DNA from: Chiloscyllium plagiosum
Taxonomy: Eukaryota
Assembly (NCBI RefSeq): GCF_004010195.1
Contig: NC_057719.1
Location: forward strand, 23,608,313-23,672,312
Reading direction: 5' to 3'
Length of the DNA stretch: 64,000 bases
The position numbers were made by a program, and so were the translations under genes. Of this stretch, positions 13,990 to 27,116 are shown in pieces. Within the stretch, counting starts at the first letter, position 1; each line of letters opens with the position of its first letter. The notes below the pieces were generated by a model. It did no database searches and had not been told where the DNA came from. It saw nothing but the letters and a program-made list of their open reading frames with translations.

Positions 13990-16430
13990 TGCCTTGCCAT
14001 TGCAAGTTCACATCTAAATTCTTCTTACGTTATGAGGGTTTCTGGCTTTATCCTTACAGGCAATGATTTCCAGATTCCCACCATCCTCTGAGCAAAAAAG
14101 CTTCTCTTCGCATCTCTAAAACTCCTGCCACTTCCCTTAAATCTATGCCCCTTGATCATTGCTCCATCCATCAAGAGGAAAAGTTTCTTCCTGTCTACCC
14201 CATATACTCCCCTCATAATTTTATACATCTCATTCGTGTCTCCTTTCAATTTACTCTGCTCGAAAGAAAGTTAGACCAGTCTGTCCAATCTGTCTCCTCA
14301 CCAAAACTGTCCAGCCCAGGCAACATCTTAGTAAATCTCCTCTGCACCCTCTTCAGTGCTATCACATCATTTCTATAATGTGGTTTCCAGACTGCACACA
14401 ATACGCCAGCTGTGGCCTAACCAAATTTTTATTCAGTTCCAGCAGGACTTCCCTTAAACTCAATGCCTTGATTAATAAAGACAGGTATACCAAATGCCTT
14501 CTTAACCACTTTATCCACCTGTTCTGATACGTTAAGGGATCAGTGTACTGTACATGCAAATTTACAATGCTTCCCAGGATCCTACTGTCCATCATGTATT
14601 CAAATGCATCACCTTGCTCAAATGCATCACCTCATATTTATCCAGATCGAATTCCATTTGCCACCGATCAACCCATCTGAACAGCCTGTGTCTATCCTTT
14701 GGTAGTGTAAGACTACTCTCCTCATTATTTACCACTGTACCAAACTCGGAGAAAGTAAGGACTGCAGATGCTGGAGATCAAAGTCAAAATGTGTGATGCT
14801 GGAAAAGCACATTTGGTCATTTCATTCATCAGGAATGATCCTGATGAAGAGCTTATGCTCGAAACATCAACTCTCCTGCTCCTCGGATGCTGCCTGACCG
14901 GCTGTGCTTTTCCAGCACCATACTTTGTTACTTATAGACTCCCCTACATTTAAAATAATTTAGCTAAATAATAAACAGCAAGGGCTCCAACACTAACCCC
15001 TGTGGGACTCCACTGGACACAGACTTTAAGGCAGAAAAATACCCCTGAATCATCACCTTCTGCTTCCTGCCATTCAGTCAACTGTGGATCCACATTTCCT
15101 TGGATCCCACGGATTCTTACCTATGCTCTCAATGTCCCATTCTGGATCTTATCAAAAGCCTTGCCAAATTGAAAGTAGACTACATCATATGTACTGCCTT
15201 CATCCACATACCGCTTTGAAAAATTCAATCAAGTTGGTCAAACGTGACCTCACCTTAACAAAGCCATGCTGACTGTTCAGGATTAATACTGACCTCAGCA
15301 AATGCGGATTAATTCTATCCCTCAGAATAGTATCCAATCATTTCCCCATCACTGAGATTAGACTGACTGCCTGTAGTTTCTTGCTTTGCCTCTTGCTGTC
15401 TTCTGGAATAATGGTACCACTGGCTGTCCTCCAGTCCTCTGACACCGATGAATCTATGAATATAAACCTCTCCAGTGGCCAGAGAGAAATTGAACATTTT
15501 TTGCAAGTATTCCTGCTTTTTCCTCTCTGGCCTCACTCAACAACCTGGGATACATTTCATCTGTTCCTAGATTTTAACCTACTTTTGACTAATTTCTGAC
15601 TGACTCTCATTCTCCATTCCACAACACTTCAATTTTGAAATATTGATCAAAAAACAAAGAACATTACAGCATGGGAACAGGCCCTTAGGACCACCAAGAC
15701 TGCCTTTCTAAGTTAAAAAAATCTTTTGTCTCTATGTGGTCAATATTCCTATATTTCCTGGCTAGTCATACATCTGTCAAGATGCCTCTCACATCTCCTA
15801 TTAACTTTACTCCATGCTTGTCATAATTTTGCAATCTTCCATCAGTTCGCTCCTCAGTCTTCAACTTTCAATTTGAAACAAACCACTTTTGTTTCAAACA
15901 TAATGGTACCCTGTCCTCATAATAATACCCTCCAAACCGGGCAACATCCTAGTCAACCTTTTCTGTACCCTCTCTAAAACCGCCAAATCTTTCTGGTACT
16001 GTGGCAACCAGAACTGTATACAATATTCCAAATATGGCCTAACTAAAGTTCCTCAGCTGCAACATGATTTGTCAATTTGGATACTCTGTGCCCTGACTGA
16101 TGAAGGCAGGCAGTCGAGTGTGTGGTGCTCAAAAAGCACAACCAGTCAGGCAGCATCTAAGGAGCAGGAGAATCGATGATTGGGGCATAAGCCCGAGGCA
16201 AGCCCAAGTTGTTCTTCTTGACAACCTTATCGACTTGTGTTGCCATGTTCAGGGAACTGTGGACCTATATACCTAGATCCCTCAATATATTCTGCCATTT
16301 ACTGTGTACTTCCCTCCTACATTAGATCTTCCAAAAAGTATCAGTTTGCATTTTAGATTAAATTCCATTTGCCATTTCTCTGTCCAAGTCTCCAGCCTAA
16401 CTATATCCTGCTGTAATGTCTGGCAATTCT
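13990..16430 (-). mobile_element. Two degenerate CR1 LINE fragments with short PLE-derived insertions (~14748-14927, ~16110-16195)
   Basis: KGDTNEMYKIMRGV, NLVRPQLAYCVQ, FFAQRMVGIWKSLP. Confidence 0.8.
14748..14927 (+). mobile_element. PLE-derived fold-back element (family 1 variant) with HHR motif at 14841-14868
   Basis: CTGATGA-A-GAGC-TTAT-GCTC-GAAA-CATC between inverted 'gctggaaaagcaca' arms. Confidence 0.75.
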
Positions 16431-16749
16431 CCTTATTTTCCGGAGTTCCTGCAGATCTTTAAGCCTTTTCATGGACATACTCTACTTCATCTTTGCAACT
16501 CCTGCTCTATTGAAAGATCACACTTGCTGTCTGATCTGAGCATTTCCAGCACCTCTGCCTTTTATTTCATATTTCTAGCAGCTGCATTGTTTCGCTTCTG
16601 AAATCTACAATACTTAGCCCAAACTTCTATTCCTTTGAATCTGGCACTGTATGTATCCTCCCTTTGCCCCAACACTGGTGACAAAAAAGCACCTCCAAAT
16701 CCCTTGACTTCTCTGTTAAAATTCTCGTCAAGAAACACCTCTTTAATCG

Positions 16750-16921
16750 CGATTTGGAGGTTGGACTGGGGTGTACAAAGTTTAAAATCACAAAACACCA
16801 GGTTATAGCGCTGCTCCCTCACCTGATGTACGGTGTACAACCACCTGATGAAGGAGCAACTTTCCAAAAGCTTTCAAATAACCTGTTGGGACTATAACCT
16901 GGTGTTGTGTGATTTTTAACT
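16750..16921. mobile_element. PLE-derived fold-back element (family 2)
   Basis: Inverted arms aaaatcaca.aacaccaggttatag / ctataacctggtgttgtgtgatttt; degenerate CTGATGA-AGGAGC motif ~16845-16874. Confidence 0.75.
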
Positions 16922-18254
16922 CGTCAACCAAGCTTTCAATCATTCATCTTAACCCTGTTTGTCTGGCTCATGTTTTGTTTCTTTAGTCCTTTGTGGGAAG
17001 TGTTTTCAGTATCGCATTATTAAAAGGGCACAATTTCTGTAGTTATGCTGGTTGCTGTGCTATCACACTCAGTATCTCATTCTTGTTTGTTTAGAGGCAG
17101 TTTTGAATAACAATCTAAATCATCAGGTCTATCCTGCTGAGCTAAATAGCCTGCTGATAACAGAAAGAGAAACTCCTATTCATTGAAAGTGAAAGTATTA
17201 ATGTTCAGAGAATTTGCAAATGAACTTACTGAGGCATAGCTGCCTGCAAAGCCTTAATGCTCCTAAGCTGTGATTTCAACATGAGTGACAAAAGCAAAAT
17301 GGTGACTGATGATGGTAAATATAGACAAATTATACTAAAGATTAAACCTCCTCTGTTAGTACAGGCAGCACACATCTATCAAATACTCAGATAGGCATGA
17401 AGGACAAAGCCTTTCAGAAGAGATTGTGGGACAGAATTTGTAAAAGGGAACATACAAACTAAATCAGCACCTCTCGGTGGCCCCTCTGTGTGTGTCTCTG
17501 GAATACCATTCACACCCACATGTTATTCAGAGCTAACATTTTAAAGGATAAATAAAATCGCATCCCCTCATTGTTTGTGAATTTTTAAATCCACAGCAGC
17601 ATTCGATGGGAAAAAAACCAATGTCACAAAGCATCATTTGGCACTGCTAAAGCTTTGCACTTGCTGTCATAAACACATTTCCCTGAAAGTCTTCAAACTT
17701 AAATGCTGCTGTGGTTTAAGGGCAGCTGATACAAACATTTAATGTGGTCACCTATGCCATTGAGGTGCACCTTGGTTGTGAGCTACAAGGTAATGGGACA
17801 TTTCCTGACATCTGCCTAATGGCTCCCCAAAAAGTTCATCAGGTTTCTGGAAGCCTAATATAAAAATTAGCAAAGCTCTAGAATCATTCAAGGCATGAGC
17901 TTGTCTATTTTCTCCATTCGCCCGTGCTTTTCTTCGACTTGGAACTAGGCACCAGCTTCATTGCAGCATCCGGAAAATTTGATAAAAGGAAGTTGAAGTT
18001 GCAGAAAGGCTTGAGTGGAAAACTGACCCTATGCTCACCTTGCCACACCAATGGCCTTGCACGCAATGAATGGGGCCTCTGGCCTCTCCAGTACACCAGA
18101 TGAATTGCTATTGGGTGGAGACCCAGCATTTTCAGATTCCATCTGATTTTTCTGGACAGCACGTAGATTTCAGGTCCCACATAATTCTTTTTACCATTGG
18201 GCTTCTCCTTCCCTCTGTCCATACCCCCTCATAAAAAAGCCTATGCCACTCCGA

Positions 18255-18400
18255 TGGACAAAGTCAGAAGTCGCATGACATCAGGTTATAGTCCAACAGG
18301 TCTATTTGAAATCACAAGCTTTTGGAGTGCTGCTCCTTCATCAGGTGATTTCAAATAAACGTCTTGGACTATAACCTGGTTTCATGCGACCTCTGATTTT
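18255..18400. mobile_element. PLE-derived fold-back element (family 2)
   Basis: Arms caggttatagtccaa..tatttgaaatcac / gtgatttcaaata..ttggactataacctg; minus-strand HHR remnant 18313-18347. Confidence 0.75.
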
Positions 18401-18460
18401 ATTCATCCCTTCATGGCATTAAGGCATCACTGGCTGTAATTGGTCACTTTCATACATATG

Positions 18461-18637
18461 AGGAGAAAGTGAGGTCTGCAGATGCTGGAGATCAGAGCTG
18501 AAAATGTGTTGCTGGAAAAGCGCAGCAGGTCAGGCAGCATCCAGGAATCCTGAAGAAGGGCTTATGCCCGAAACGTCGATTCTCCTGTTCCCTGGATGCT
18601 GCCTGACCTGCTGCGCTTTTCCAGCAACACATTTTCA
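18461..18637 (+). mobile_element. PLE-derived fold-back element (family 1) with 15-bp TSD
   Basis: ~50-bp near-perfect inverted arms (18496-18545 / 18591-18640). actttcatacatatg repeated at 18446-18460 and 18638-18652. Confidence 0.9.
18545..18582 (+). ncRNA. Minimal type I hammerhead ribozyme motif
   Basis: GAATC-CTGAAGA-A-GGGC-TTAT-GCCC-GAAA-CG-TC-GATTC: full core, 4-bp stem II, palindromic ACGT stem III, 5-bp stem I; predicted cleavage after C18577. Confidence 0.75.
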
Positions 18638-19682
18638 ACTTTCATACATATGCAAATCGAAATTCAGTTACATCACTGCAGGGCACATTCATACTCTGGC
18701 TCTTCTGCAACTTTTTTCTGACTCATAATTAAATTAATTATTCCCCACACAATCTTGAAGTCATTGCACAAAGCTTCCCCCAAGGCCAGAGACGTCTTAA
18801 ATTAAGTGAGACCACTTCACAAAATTCATCAGAAGTCAGTATAAGACTTGTCCCTCATTAGCAAGGCTATGAACTCACTAACATGCACCTCTTCCATTCT
18901 GTGGAAAGAAAATAAACAAATTTGCTTTTCTAACTTAATGAAAGCAATAGCACAAAGGAAATCTGAATGTGAAACCATCTGAATCGGATAAAGTTCGAAA
19001 GCTTGTATATTAATTTGCGTTTTGTGCCATTTTCTAACCCCTTTTGAGTTCTAATTGCTTTCAGAGCTCAGTTATCATGCCATGTGGGATTTAAAGTTTT
19101 AAAATAATCGACTTTCTTAAATTGGAAACTTTATATATCAAGATAATTATGTTAATTCAATTTAGCGCAAACAACTTATTTAGACCTAAATTGGAAAATA
19201 AGGCTTTAAACCCTCAATTACAGGTAATAAGTTACAGAACAAAAAGTAATCTATAGACCATGAAATGCCAACAATTTCAGTTGTTTGCAATTTAATAAGG
19301 CTGCCAAGGTCTGTTTGTCACTTTCAAAGCAAACGACGCCCAAATAAATAGGATGCTATCTCAGTATCACAGATATATGTTTTTTTACCTAAAGTAGAGC
19401 TAAATAATTAGCTATCCACTTTGGCATGCACATTTTTGTGATCTAATAAGAGGACTATCCCATCCAGTTTATTTTGTTTATGGACATATAAGTTCAGCAC
19501 CAGTAATTTACTCCTTCTAATATCATAGAGTGGTGTTAATTTAGTGTTGAGAGTTGTGAACTGATCCTGAATTGACAGGGTCAGACAGATTTAAAAAGAA
19601 AAAGCCCTGACATGATGATTCAAACGCTGAAGTAAAAACAACAAAAGAAAAAAAAATGCAAATCAAATAGATGCTGTCTTAC

Positions 19683-19720
19683 CAATCCTGCTTTACACCT
19701 TCTTCACAATGATGACAATA
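19683..19720 (-). CDS. Weak candidate 38-nt exon (YCHHCEEGVKQD); may instead be part of a Tx1-like remnant
   Basis: ttttctctataaag|TAT...GATTG|gtaaga; only one open frame; abuts or overlaps decayed LINE-like sequence. Confidence 0.25.
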
Positions 19721-19729
19721 CTTTATAGA

Positions 19730-21350
19730 GAAAACACACTACCACCATTATCAGTGACATAAAAGACCAACAAAAGCAGTATTTTGGTCTTTGCCTCAAG
19801 AACAAATCTTCAAACAATACTGTTTGTTTACTTATTTCTCCATAAATCTATCAACACAATATGTTGATAAAAATTCCTTGTAGGCTGTACTAAATCATTC
19901 AATATACTTCTAAGTTCTTCACAATCTTCCTCTTCATCTGCCCCTTATGCTAAAGCCAATGATAAGCCATCTCAGCCTCCAGTTTGACGTAAAAGGTGGA
20001 ATTCAAACATTATTGAGTTTTTGGTCCATCATCAAATTGCTCACTTATACATTAGTAGTTCCAACCTTTTCCTCATTCCAGAAGATTGCCCTCAGCTCAT
20101 TTCGATTTAAATTCTCTGATGCACTCTCTGGATCTTTTAAAGATGCACTAATGAAAATTCCAGTTTGTCTTGAATGTTTTATTTATGTCCTTTCCCATAC
20201 TCATTCTCTGTAGAGACTGAAAAGTTTTGAAAATAAACTTGAACTTCCAGTTAGTAGTTGAAAGGATAACACAAGCTTTTGCATTTTAAGGTATTTACTG
20301 TAACAAGCAGACTAAAAACACTGTAGACTAAACACATTATTTGTAGCTAACTTATACTTCAAGCTGTAGAACCTTTAATACAACTACAAGTATACTTTTT
20401 ACATGTATAGGTTACACCTTCCCTTAAATAATATCTGAGTTCTCCCACAAAGGGTCCAAAATGTGGAGTTTGCACATTCTCCCCGTGTCTGCGTGGGTTT
20501 CTTCCGGGTGCTCCGGTTTCCTCCCACAATCCAAAAATGTGCAGGTCAGGTGAGTTGGCCATGCTAAATTGCCCATAGTGTTAGGTGAAGGGGTAAATGT
20601 AGGGGAATGGGTCTGGGTGGGTTACGCTTTGGCAGGTCGTTGTGGACTTGTTGGGTCGAAGGGCCTGTTTCCACACTGTAAGTAATCTAATCTAAAATGA
20701 TTCTTAACTCTCAAAGATTTACTTTTGTCCCTTTTCTTTCTCAGCTGGATAAATTCTAATCCCAGACTTTTCTTCATAGTGAAAATATTACTGCAGATAG
20801 CCCCTCCTGCATATGCTCTGTTAATCTTCCAGCTTTTTGCACTTTTCAATTGACATAGTCATATTGTGATGTCATGGACCATTGAGAACTTTTGCCTTGG
20901 CTGCTTTCTCTCTCCTGGATCCTTGCAGACTAACCATGTCCAAGAGTTATCAGAGATATTTTAGAAATCCTTCCATCCTCAAAAGCTATTTCCTTAGCAA
21001 TATGAATCACAGAAGCTTTGTATCCAAGTACAGATACTGATACACTATCTTTGATTGCTTAAATATTTTTCATCTTTGAACTAAAGTTTAAAACATAACT
21101 GTTTACAGTCCAATGTTCTCAACATTTTCATTGGACCTTAGACACTTACAGTGTCCAACTTTAATATGCAGGCCACTGTGTAAGCTTCAGAAATAAACAC
21201 CTCACATCTTCTTTCCAGTCAAACAATCCAAATCCACTTTCATCTCTTACAACCAAACCATCCAAGGTTGCTGTTAGGCAGACTTCAGAACAGATCAAAT
21301 GACCACCTTAATTTTATCTCAGATTAAAGACAGTCACAAGACATAATAAT
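19730..21350 (-). mobile_element. Highly decayed Tx1/L1-like LINE remnant (tentative), interrupted by a SINE
   Basis: Broken peptides resembling Tx1 ORF2 (WNF..SLKDPE; DNGGSVFS..IVIIVKK) and ORF1 (YAGGAIC); many stops. Confidence 0.35.
20461..20695 (+). mobile_element. HE1-type V-SINE, 5' truncated
   Basis: V-domain gtggagtttgcacattctccccgtgtctgcgtgggttt; CR1-like tail with (aatct)n. Confidence 0.9.
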
Positions 21351-21399
21351 CTTATGAAACTCATAATTCTAATAATTTTAAATACTTGTCCTCCTTCTT

Positions 21400-22800
21400 C
21401 TTTCAGATTTTTCTGGGGGTTGGTTGGGCCAGTTGATCACTTTTCCACATTTTCCCTTGTCAGTCACCCATTACTCTTCCAATTCTGTTGTGTTGAAGTC
21501 TCTCACAACTGTATCTTTTCATTCAGTCTTGGGCCTTTCTCTTCCCCTTCTTTCTGGAAGACCTATCTTCGTCACTTCATCACACATCTCACCATATTTC
21601 CTCTTTGTCTCTTTGCAACATAGTGACATGTGATTGCCACCATTTCTTGGTCACTTTTTTCAATACGCCAACAATATTCACTGACACCCGATGTACTGAT
21701 TCCTGGTATCAATTTTTCGCCCATCTCTGAATCAAGGGGGTGAATTTTACAGGAGCCCAACTAGGATGTTCGAAGACAGGGGTATAAGAATTAAAGCTAA
21801 CAGCCAACTCACCAGGTCCCTTCCTTTCCCCTCACTAGCTCCCCAGGCAGCCTGCCCACTGTAAGGCCTATTTAAGCACCTAACTGTTATTTAACTGCTA
21901 TTTAAGGACTTCATGCTGCTTCTGTCCCAATTTTTCAGTCTGCAAGGGAGGGTTTCTTACAGAATAGATTGTGTGTGGCAGGAAGGGGTTACATCTTTTA
22001 TCGTTCCCTGTGTCCATCAGGAACCCACTCCATACAATATATCCTCCCTTTGCCCCTTTGCCCCTCAGCCATTCCAGCCTCTCTAATCCAAGCCTCCCTC
22101 TGAATCCATTTCCTAGCTAATCCCACCCAAAATGCCTAGGCCTACCTGACATCAAAGAGAAATCTTCATTCCTTTGTGACGACTATAGACCCATCAATGG
22201 CACCCTGGGGTGGGATCTCTTATCCTTAAGATGTACTCTGCCCGTCACTGCAGGACATCCAGATTTCACACTGGGCATCTACCACCCAGCTTCAGGAAGC
22301 ACAGCAAGTAATCTGTCTCAGGAAATCTACACCAAAATCTCATTACTGTCCAGTTGATGCTCCTCGCTTCTTGATGTTGCCCAAGTTTCTGCATTGAAAA
22401 ACATGTCTACCATGTGGACTCCTGTTTCATTTTCAGTAATACTTTTCCATCCCATAACAGTCCACAGCATTTCCTCCAGTTACTGCAACCAGAGTAAATC
22501 CGTTGCTTAGTTTCCAGCCCCACACTTCCATCCTCTGACACCAGTGACCCCAGATATTTGAAATTAGCCACTTTCATCATTACTCCTTGACTCTGCTCTT
22601 CCCTAAGCACAAACCGACTATTGGGTTCTTGTTTTACTGTTCTTCATGTTGCTGTATGCTTTCAGTGCTTTCTTCCACTTCTATGTATATCATTCATCCT
22701 CATTCACAACATCCATCATTGCTCACTCTAGACTCCAACTTCACATGATTCCCACATTCCTACTCTTATCTCTGGTGCGCCACAGGGTACCTGCTCTATT
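21400..22800 (-). mobile_element. RTE-clade LINE fragments (~21400-21640 and ~22380-22800) split by another repeat
   Basis: VANFKYLGSLVSEDG..KQRIYSGCSNWRKCCGLLWD; RGRxRPK-type C-terminal remnant. Confidence 0.7.
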
Positions 22801-24339
22801 GCTCTTATATACAAAGCAGAAACAAAAGTAGGCATCTCAAGTCCTGAAGCTTGTTCTACTAGTTAGTAAGATCATGGCTGATTTGAGTACTCCACAGTCC
22901 CGCTTATCCCAATAAGATTTCAGTCCCTTGCATATCAAGATTCTACCTATTTCTGCATTAAAAATATTCAATGAGTCCTTTTCTATGCCTTAAATAAGCA
23001 GACCCTAGTCTAATAGTTCTAGATTTCCCCACAAGAAGAAACATTTTTCCACATATATGCAGTCAATCTATATGTCTCAATCAAGTTGTCTCCACATTTT
23101 CTAAACTCCAGAAAGTACAAGCTTAGCCTGTCCAATCTTACATCATAAGACAATGCACTCATTCTTTATGGGTCTGGTAAACTTTCTCTGAACTGCTTCC
23201 AATACATTTCTTCCAAAACACCAAAATTCTGATTGCACGGTGGAGTGAAGATCATTGATGAGGCTCCCAAAGAATGGTTTAACGTGGGACAATACCATGA
23301 GGAACTTCTACAGAGATGTCCTGGAGCTGAGATGACTGACCCCTAACAAACTCAAATATCATGCTTTCTGTTAGGTATCACCTCAACAACAGAGCGTTTT
23401 CCGTGACTCCCATTTAATCCAGTTTGCTTAGGCCCTTAACGTCACCTTAGGTCGAATGTCATGTTGTCAAGGCAGTCACACTCAACTCACCTCTGGATTA
23501 GACCTCTTCTTTGTACCAAGGTTATAATGAGGTCAGGATCTGAATGGCCCCGGCAGAGCCCAAACTGAGCAGTAGTGACCAACTTTCTATGCAAGGGAAA
23601 GATTTCTGAGGTGACATCAAATTGGATGCAATAATGTGTCAATCATAAGTGAGTATTAATACATTTCAATTTATAAACAGTAGGTATCCAATCATTCAGG
23701 AGGGGATACGTCACTCAGTGGGCGAGACAGGTTGTGTGTTGATCAGGTTAAGTAGCACAAGGTTTGATCATTGATCATTCTAATGTAGACTGAGGGCCTA
23801 CCTCACCCTAGATGTAGTGAACAAATCACAGCACTTTGCTGTAATCACCAAGGAACTATCTATAGATAGAGAACTGAAGATGAAGAATTAATTCATGCAT
23901 GTGTGCTCTGTCGAAAGGAAGCTCCTTTGGTTCATTTTGGCAGTGTTTCATTTTGATCAGATTCTTTGGCAATTTCTTTTTTCCCCATAACAGTTTGTAA
24001 TTGTTTTCCGCTCTCAGGGACAGGGCACAGAGGCAGGTCTCAATTCTACTGCAGCCAGAGTGAGAGCTGAATCCAAGCCATGGTTCGCGGAGAAGTGAAG
24101 CACTTTTCAGTACTCAGCTCCTCCTCTGGGTGAAGTGCAGAGTCTAGTTCTTCCTTACGGGTGCAGCACCCATATTTCTACGATGAAGAACTGCTTCCTT
24201 TATGTTCTTGTATCTTTTTCAGTCATGGCAACCCCAATCCATCAAAGCACAACCCCTCCTTTTCTGACTTCCTTATAATTCTGTACATACACATTTTGCT
24301 TTCTGACTTGAGTGCATGATTTTTTAAAAAAACCTATAG

Positions 24340-24515
24340 GAGCAAATTACTGCAGATGCTGGAATCTGTACTAAACAATCATGCTGGAAATCACAACAGA
24401 TCAGGCAGCATCTGTGGACAGAGATCAAGCTAATGTTTCAAGTCTTCACGAAGAATCATTTGAAACATTAACTTGCTCCCTCTCTATGGATACTGCCTGA
24501 TCCATTGTGATTTCT
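24340..24515. mobile_element. PLE-derived fold-back element (family 3), degenerate
   Basis: gcaaattactgcagatgctggaatctgtac.. head, also seen (inverted) at 46540-46573; inverted arms aatcacaa..atcaggcag / ctgcctgat..ttgtgatt. Confidence 0.65.
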
Positions 24516-24660
24516 TTTTTTTTATTTTCATTTTAAAACTACATCAGAAGAAAGTGGTGTCTAACTCATAGCGCAAACATTTAATGTATATACAGCTACC
24601 AGTTCTTGTTTTCGTCTTGGTTCAGTTAGTCATAAGAATATAGGCTGTATGACCATTGAG

Positions 24661-24828
24661 GAGGAGAAAGTGAGGACTGCAGATGCTAATGTGATGCTGA
24701 AAAAACACAGCAGGTCAGGCAGCATCCGAGCAAGATTCCTGAAGAAGGGCTTATGCCCGAAACGTCGATTCTCCTGCTCCTCGGATGCTGCCTAGCCTGC
24801 TGTGTTTTTCCAGCATCACATTTTTCAA
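24661..24828 (+). mobile_element. PLE-derived fold-back element (family 1) with intact HHR core (24739-24766) and 16-bp TSD, inside a CR1 3' remnant
   Basis: ctgtatgaccattgag at 24645-24660 and 24829-24844; CTGAAGAAGGGCTTATGCCCGAAACGTC. Confidence 0.9.
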
Positions 24829-26958
24829 CTGTATGACCATTGAGTTGCTCCACCATTCAATAAGATCATGATTGATCTGATTGTAGCCCTAACTCCACTT
24901 CCCTGACTTGCTCCATAACACTTCCTACTTTGTCAACCAAAACAATGACTAACACAGTCTTCAATATATTTAATGACCCAATCTCCAGAGCTGCCTAGGG
25001 AACAGTATTCTTTAACATCCAAAAACCATCTGAAAAAAGAAATTTCACCTTATCTCTGTCTTAAAAGGGAGACTTCTTATTTTGAAACTGTGGTAGTCTT
25101 GTTTTCAATATCGCACAAAGCATCAACCCTATTGAACTTTTTCAGAATCTTACGTTTCTATAAGACCTTATTGTTCTAAACTTCAATGAATAGGCCCAAC
25201 CTGCCAAACCTTACTTAATCCAGCAGTCAGCTAAGTGAATCTCCTCTGAATTGCTCCTGAACTGCCATTGTTTCCTTTTTGATGCATTCTAGTTTTGTTG
25301 CAGTGAGTTTGCTTTCTGACAATTTGCTTTCTGACCTCCCTTTCTCGAACAAATGTGTTATATTTGCACAGACACCGGCACTGTCCGTCGATCTACTCAT
25401 AGGATCAACCTCTGACTAGAATGCAAGATCTGAATAGTTTTTGGTCTCTCTCAGCTCATCTTTTTTTTAATGGATTAAAGATAACTCTGCTTCAATATAT
25501 AAGGCATGGTGTTGAAGTGAGCAGCAAAAGATGCCAATTTCCAAACAGTCTTCGAATCTTAAAGGCTTAACAGAAGACTAAGTATATCATTTCTACATAA
25601 GGTTGTTTCCTTTACTAAATCTTAATCAAGGGCTCCAACACTATCACAAAATGGCTCCTGAGGCAATCCAATTAACAGCAGCTTCCACTGACAATCTCCA
25701 CTCCATTGATCCAGAACTAGAATAATAGCTGTGTGTTTGCTCCACAGCCCCTTTCCATTTTCCTTTTCTTGCTTCCCTCTCTTACTTTACAAATTAAGAC
25801 ACAGTACTTCAGCATGGAGGCAGCAAAAGAGCAAAAGACTAAACATAAAAGGATGATAAAGCAAGCAAAGAACCAGTAAAAGCTGTCTATCTCTGGAAGC
25901 ATGAGATAAATAGGATTGTTGAAATGAACAACCTACAGCTGGAAGGTTCTCCTTTATATTAAATACATTTTCTTCTTGTTTACTAAACCATTCCTAAAAA
26001 TCCAAAATGCACTTGGCCTTCTTCCTCTTTGATTTAAAGCGTGACTTTCAATGCACTTATATACATGGCTGACCAGCTTAATTCACCCTTTGGCCACAGG
26101 CTTTGTAGCTTAAAAATGACATAAATTGCAAGTGAAGGCATTAGTCTTTGTTTGACTCCTTTCTGAATGCATGTCAGTCGAAGTATAAACATCAGAATCA
26201 CTCACTGTAAAATCAATGACAATATTGATCACTTGGGACCATCGTCCATCAGGAGATGGCAAATGGCAATCATTTCACATTGGTGGCAGCTGACAGGCTT
26301 CATTTCTGGTGTACAATTCGTGAATAACTGGGTACTGTCACTTTCAGCACATGTGTAATTGTGAAAATGATCTCACTGAAGCCCAGAGCTATTGCAGAGA
26401 CATGCAGTTCCCATGTCTGAACAATAAAAATGTCTATGGCATTTTATCTTTAAGACCCTGAAGCACAGCCTCCGAGCACCTGTCGAGCATCTACAAGAAT
26501 AAAAAAAGACAAATTATTTGCTTTTACACTTTTCAAAAAAAAAATGTGGCCATGGAACGTGCATTAAGTCAGGCTATGGGTCACGCATTTCAGAGAAACA
26601 CAATTCCTGTCATCTTCATACACACAAGACTCCTCTGGCTTCTGGTAAAACTCTTTTATCAATAAGGTACCTTTTGTCAAATCCAACTTTTTCATATATC
26701 TCCAATTACCACAGACACTTTGCTTCTTTTATATCAGGAATCAGACTTAGGAAAATTGCACTTTTGGCTTAGAAAACAGAGCTTCAGCATGTTCCATGTA
26801 GAAAGCTGCTCTTTTATTAAGTGCACTGTCGTTTTCCAAATGGAGAAGCAGTAAATGTAATTGACAATGCACTTGCCCTATCTCCCATAGCACTTCTCTC
26901 CTTTGAGTTAAAGTATAACAGAAAAGCTGGACATCAAGCTGGGTTCCCAAGCAATAGG

Positions 26959-27116
26959 AGAAAGTGAGGTCTGCAGATGCTGGAGATCAGAGCTGAAAAT
27001 GTGTTGCTGGAACAGCGCAGCAGGTCAGGCAGCATCCAGGGAACAGGAGAATCGACGTTTCGGGCATAAGCCCTTCTTCAGGAATCCTGCTGCACTGTTC
27101 CAGCAACACATTTTCA
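26959..27116 (-). mobile_element. PLE-derived fold-back element (family 1) with intact HHR core (27049-27086, minus) and 16-bp TSD
   Basis: gttcccaagcaatagg at 26943-26958 and 27117-27132. Confidence 0.9.
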
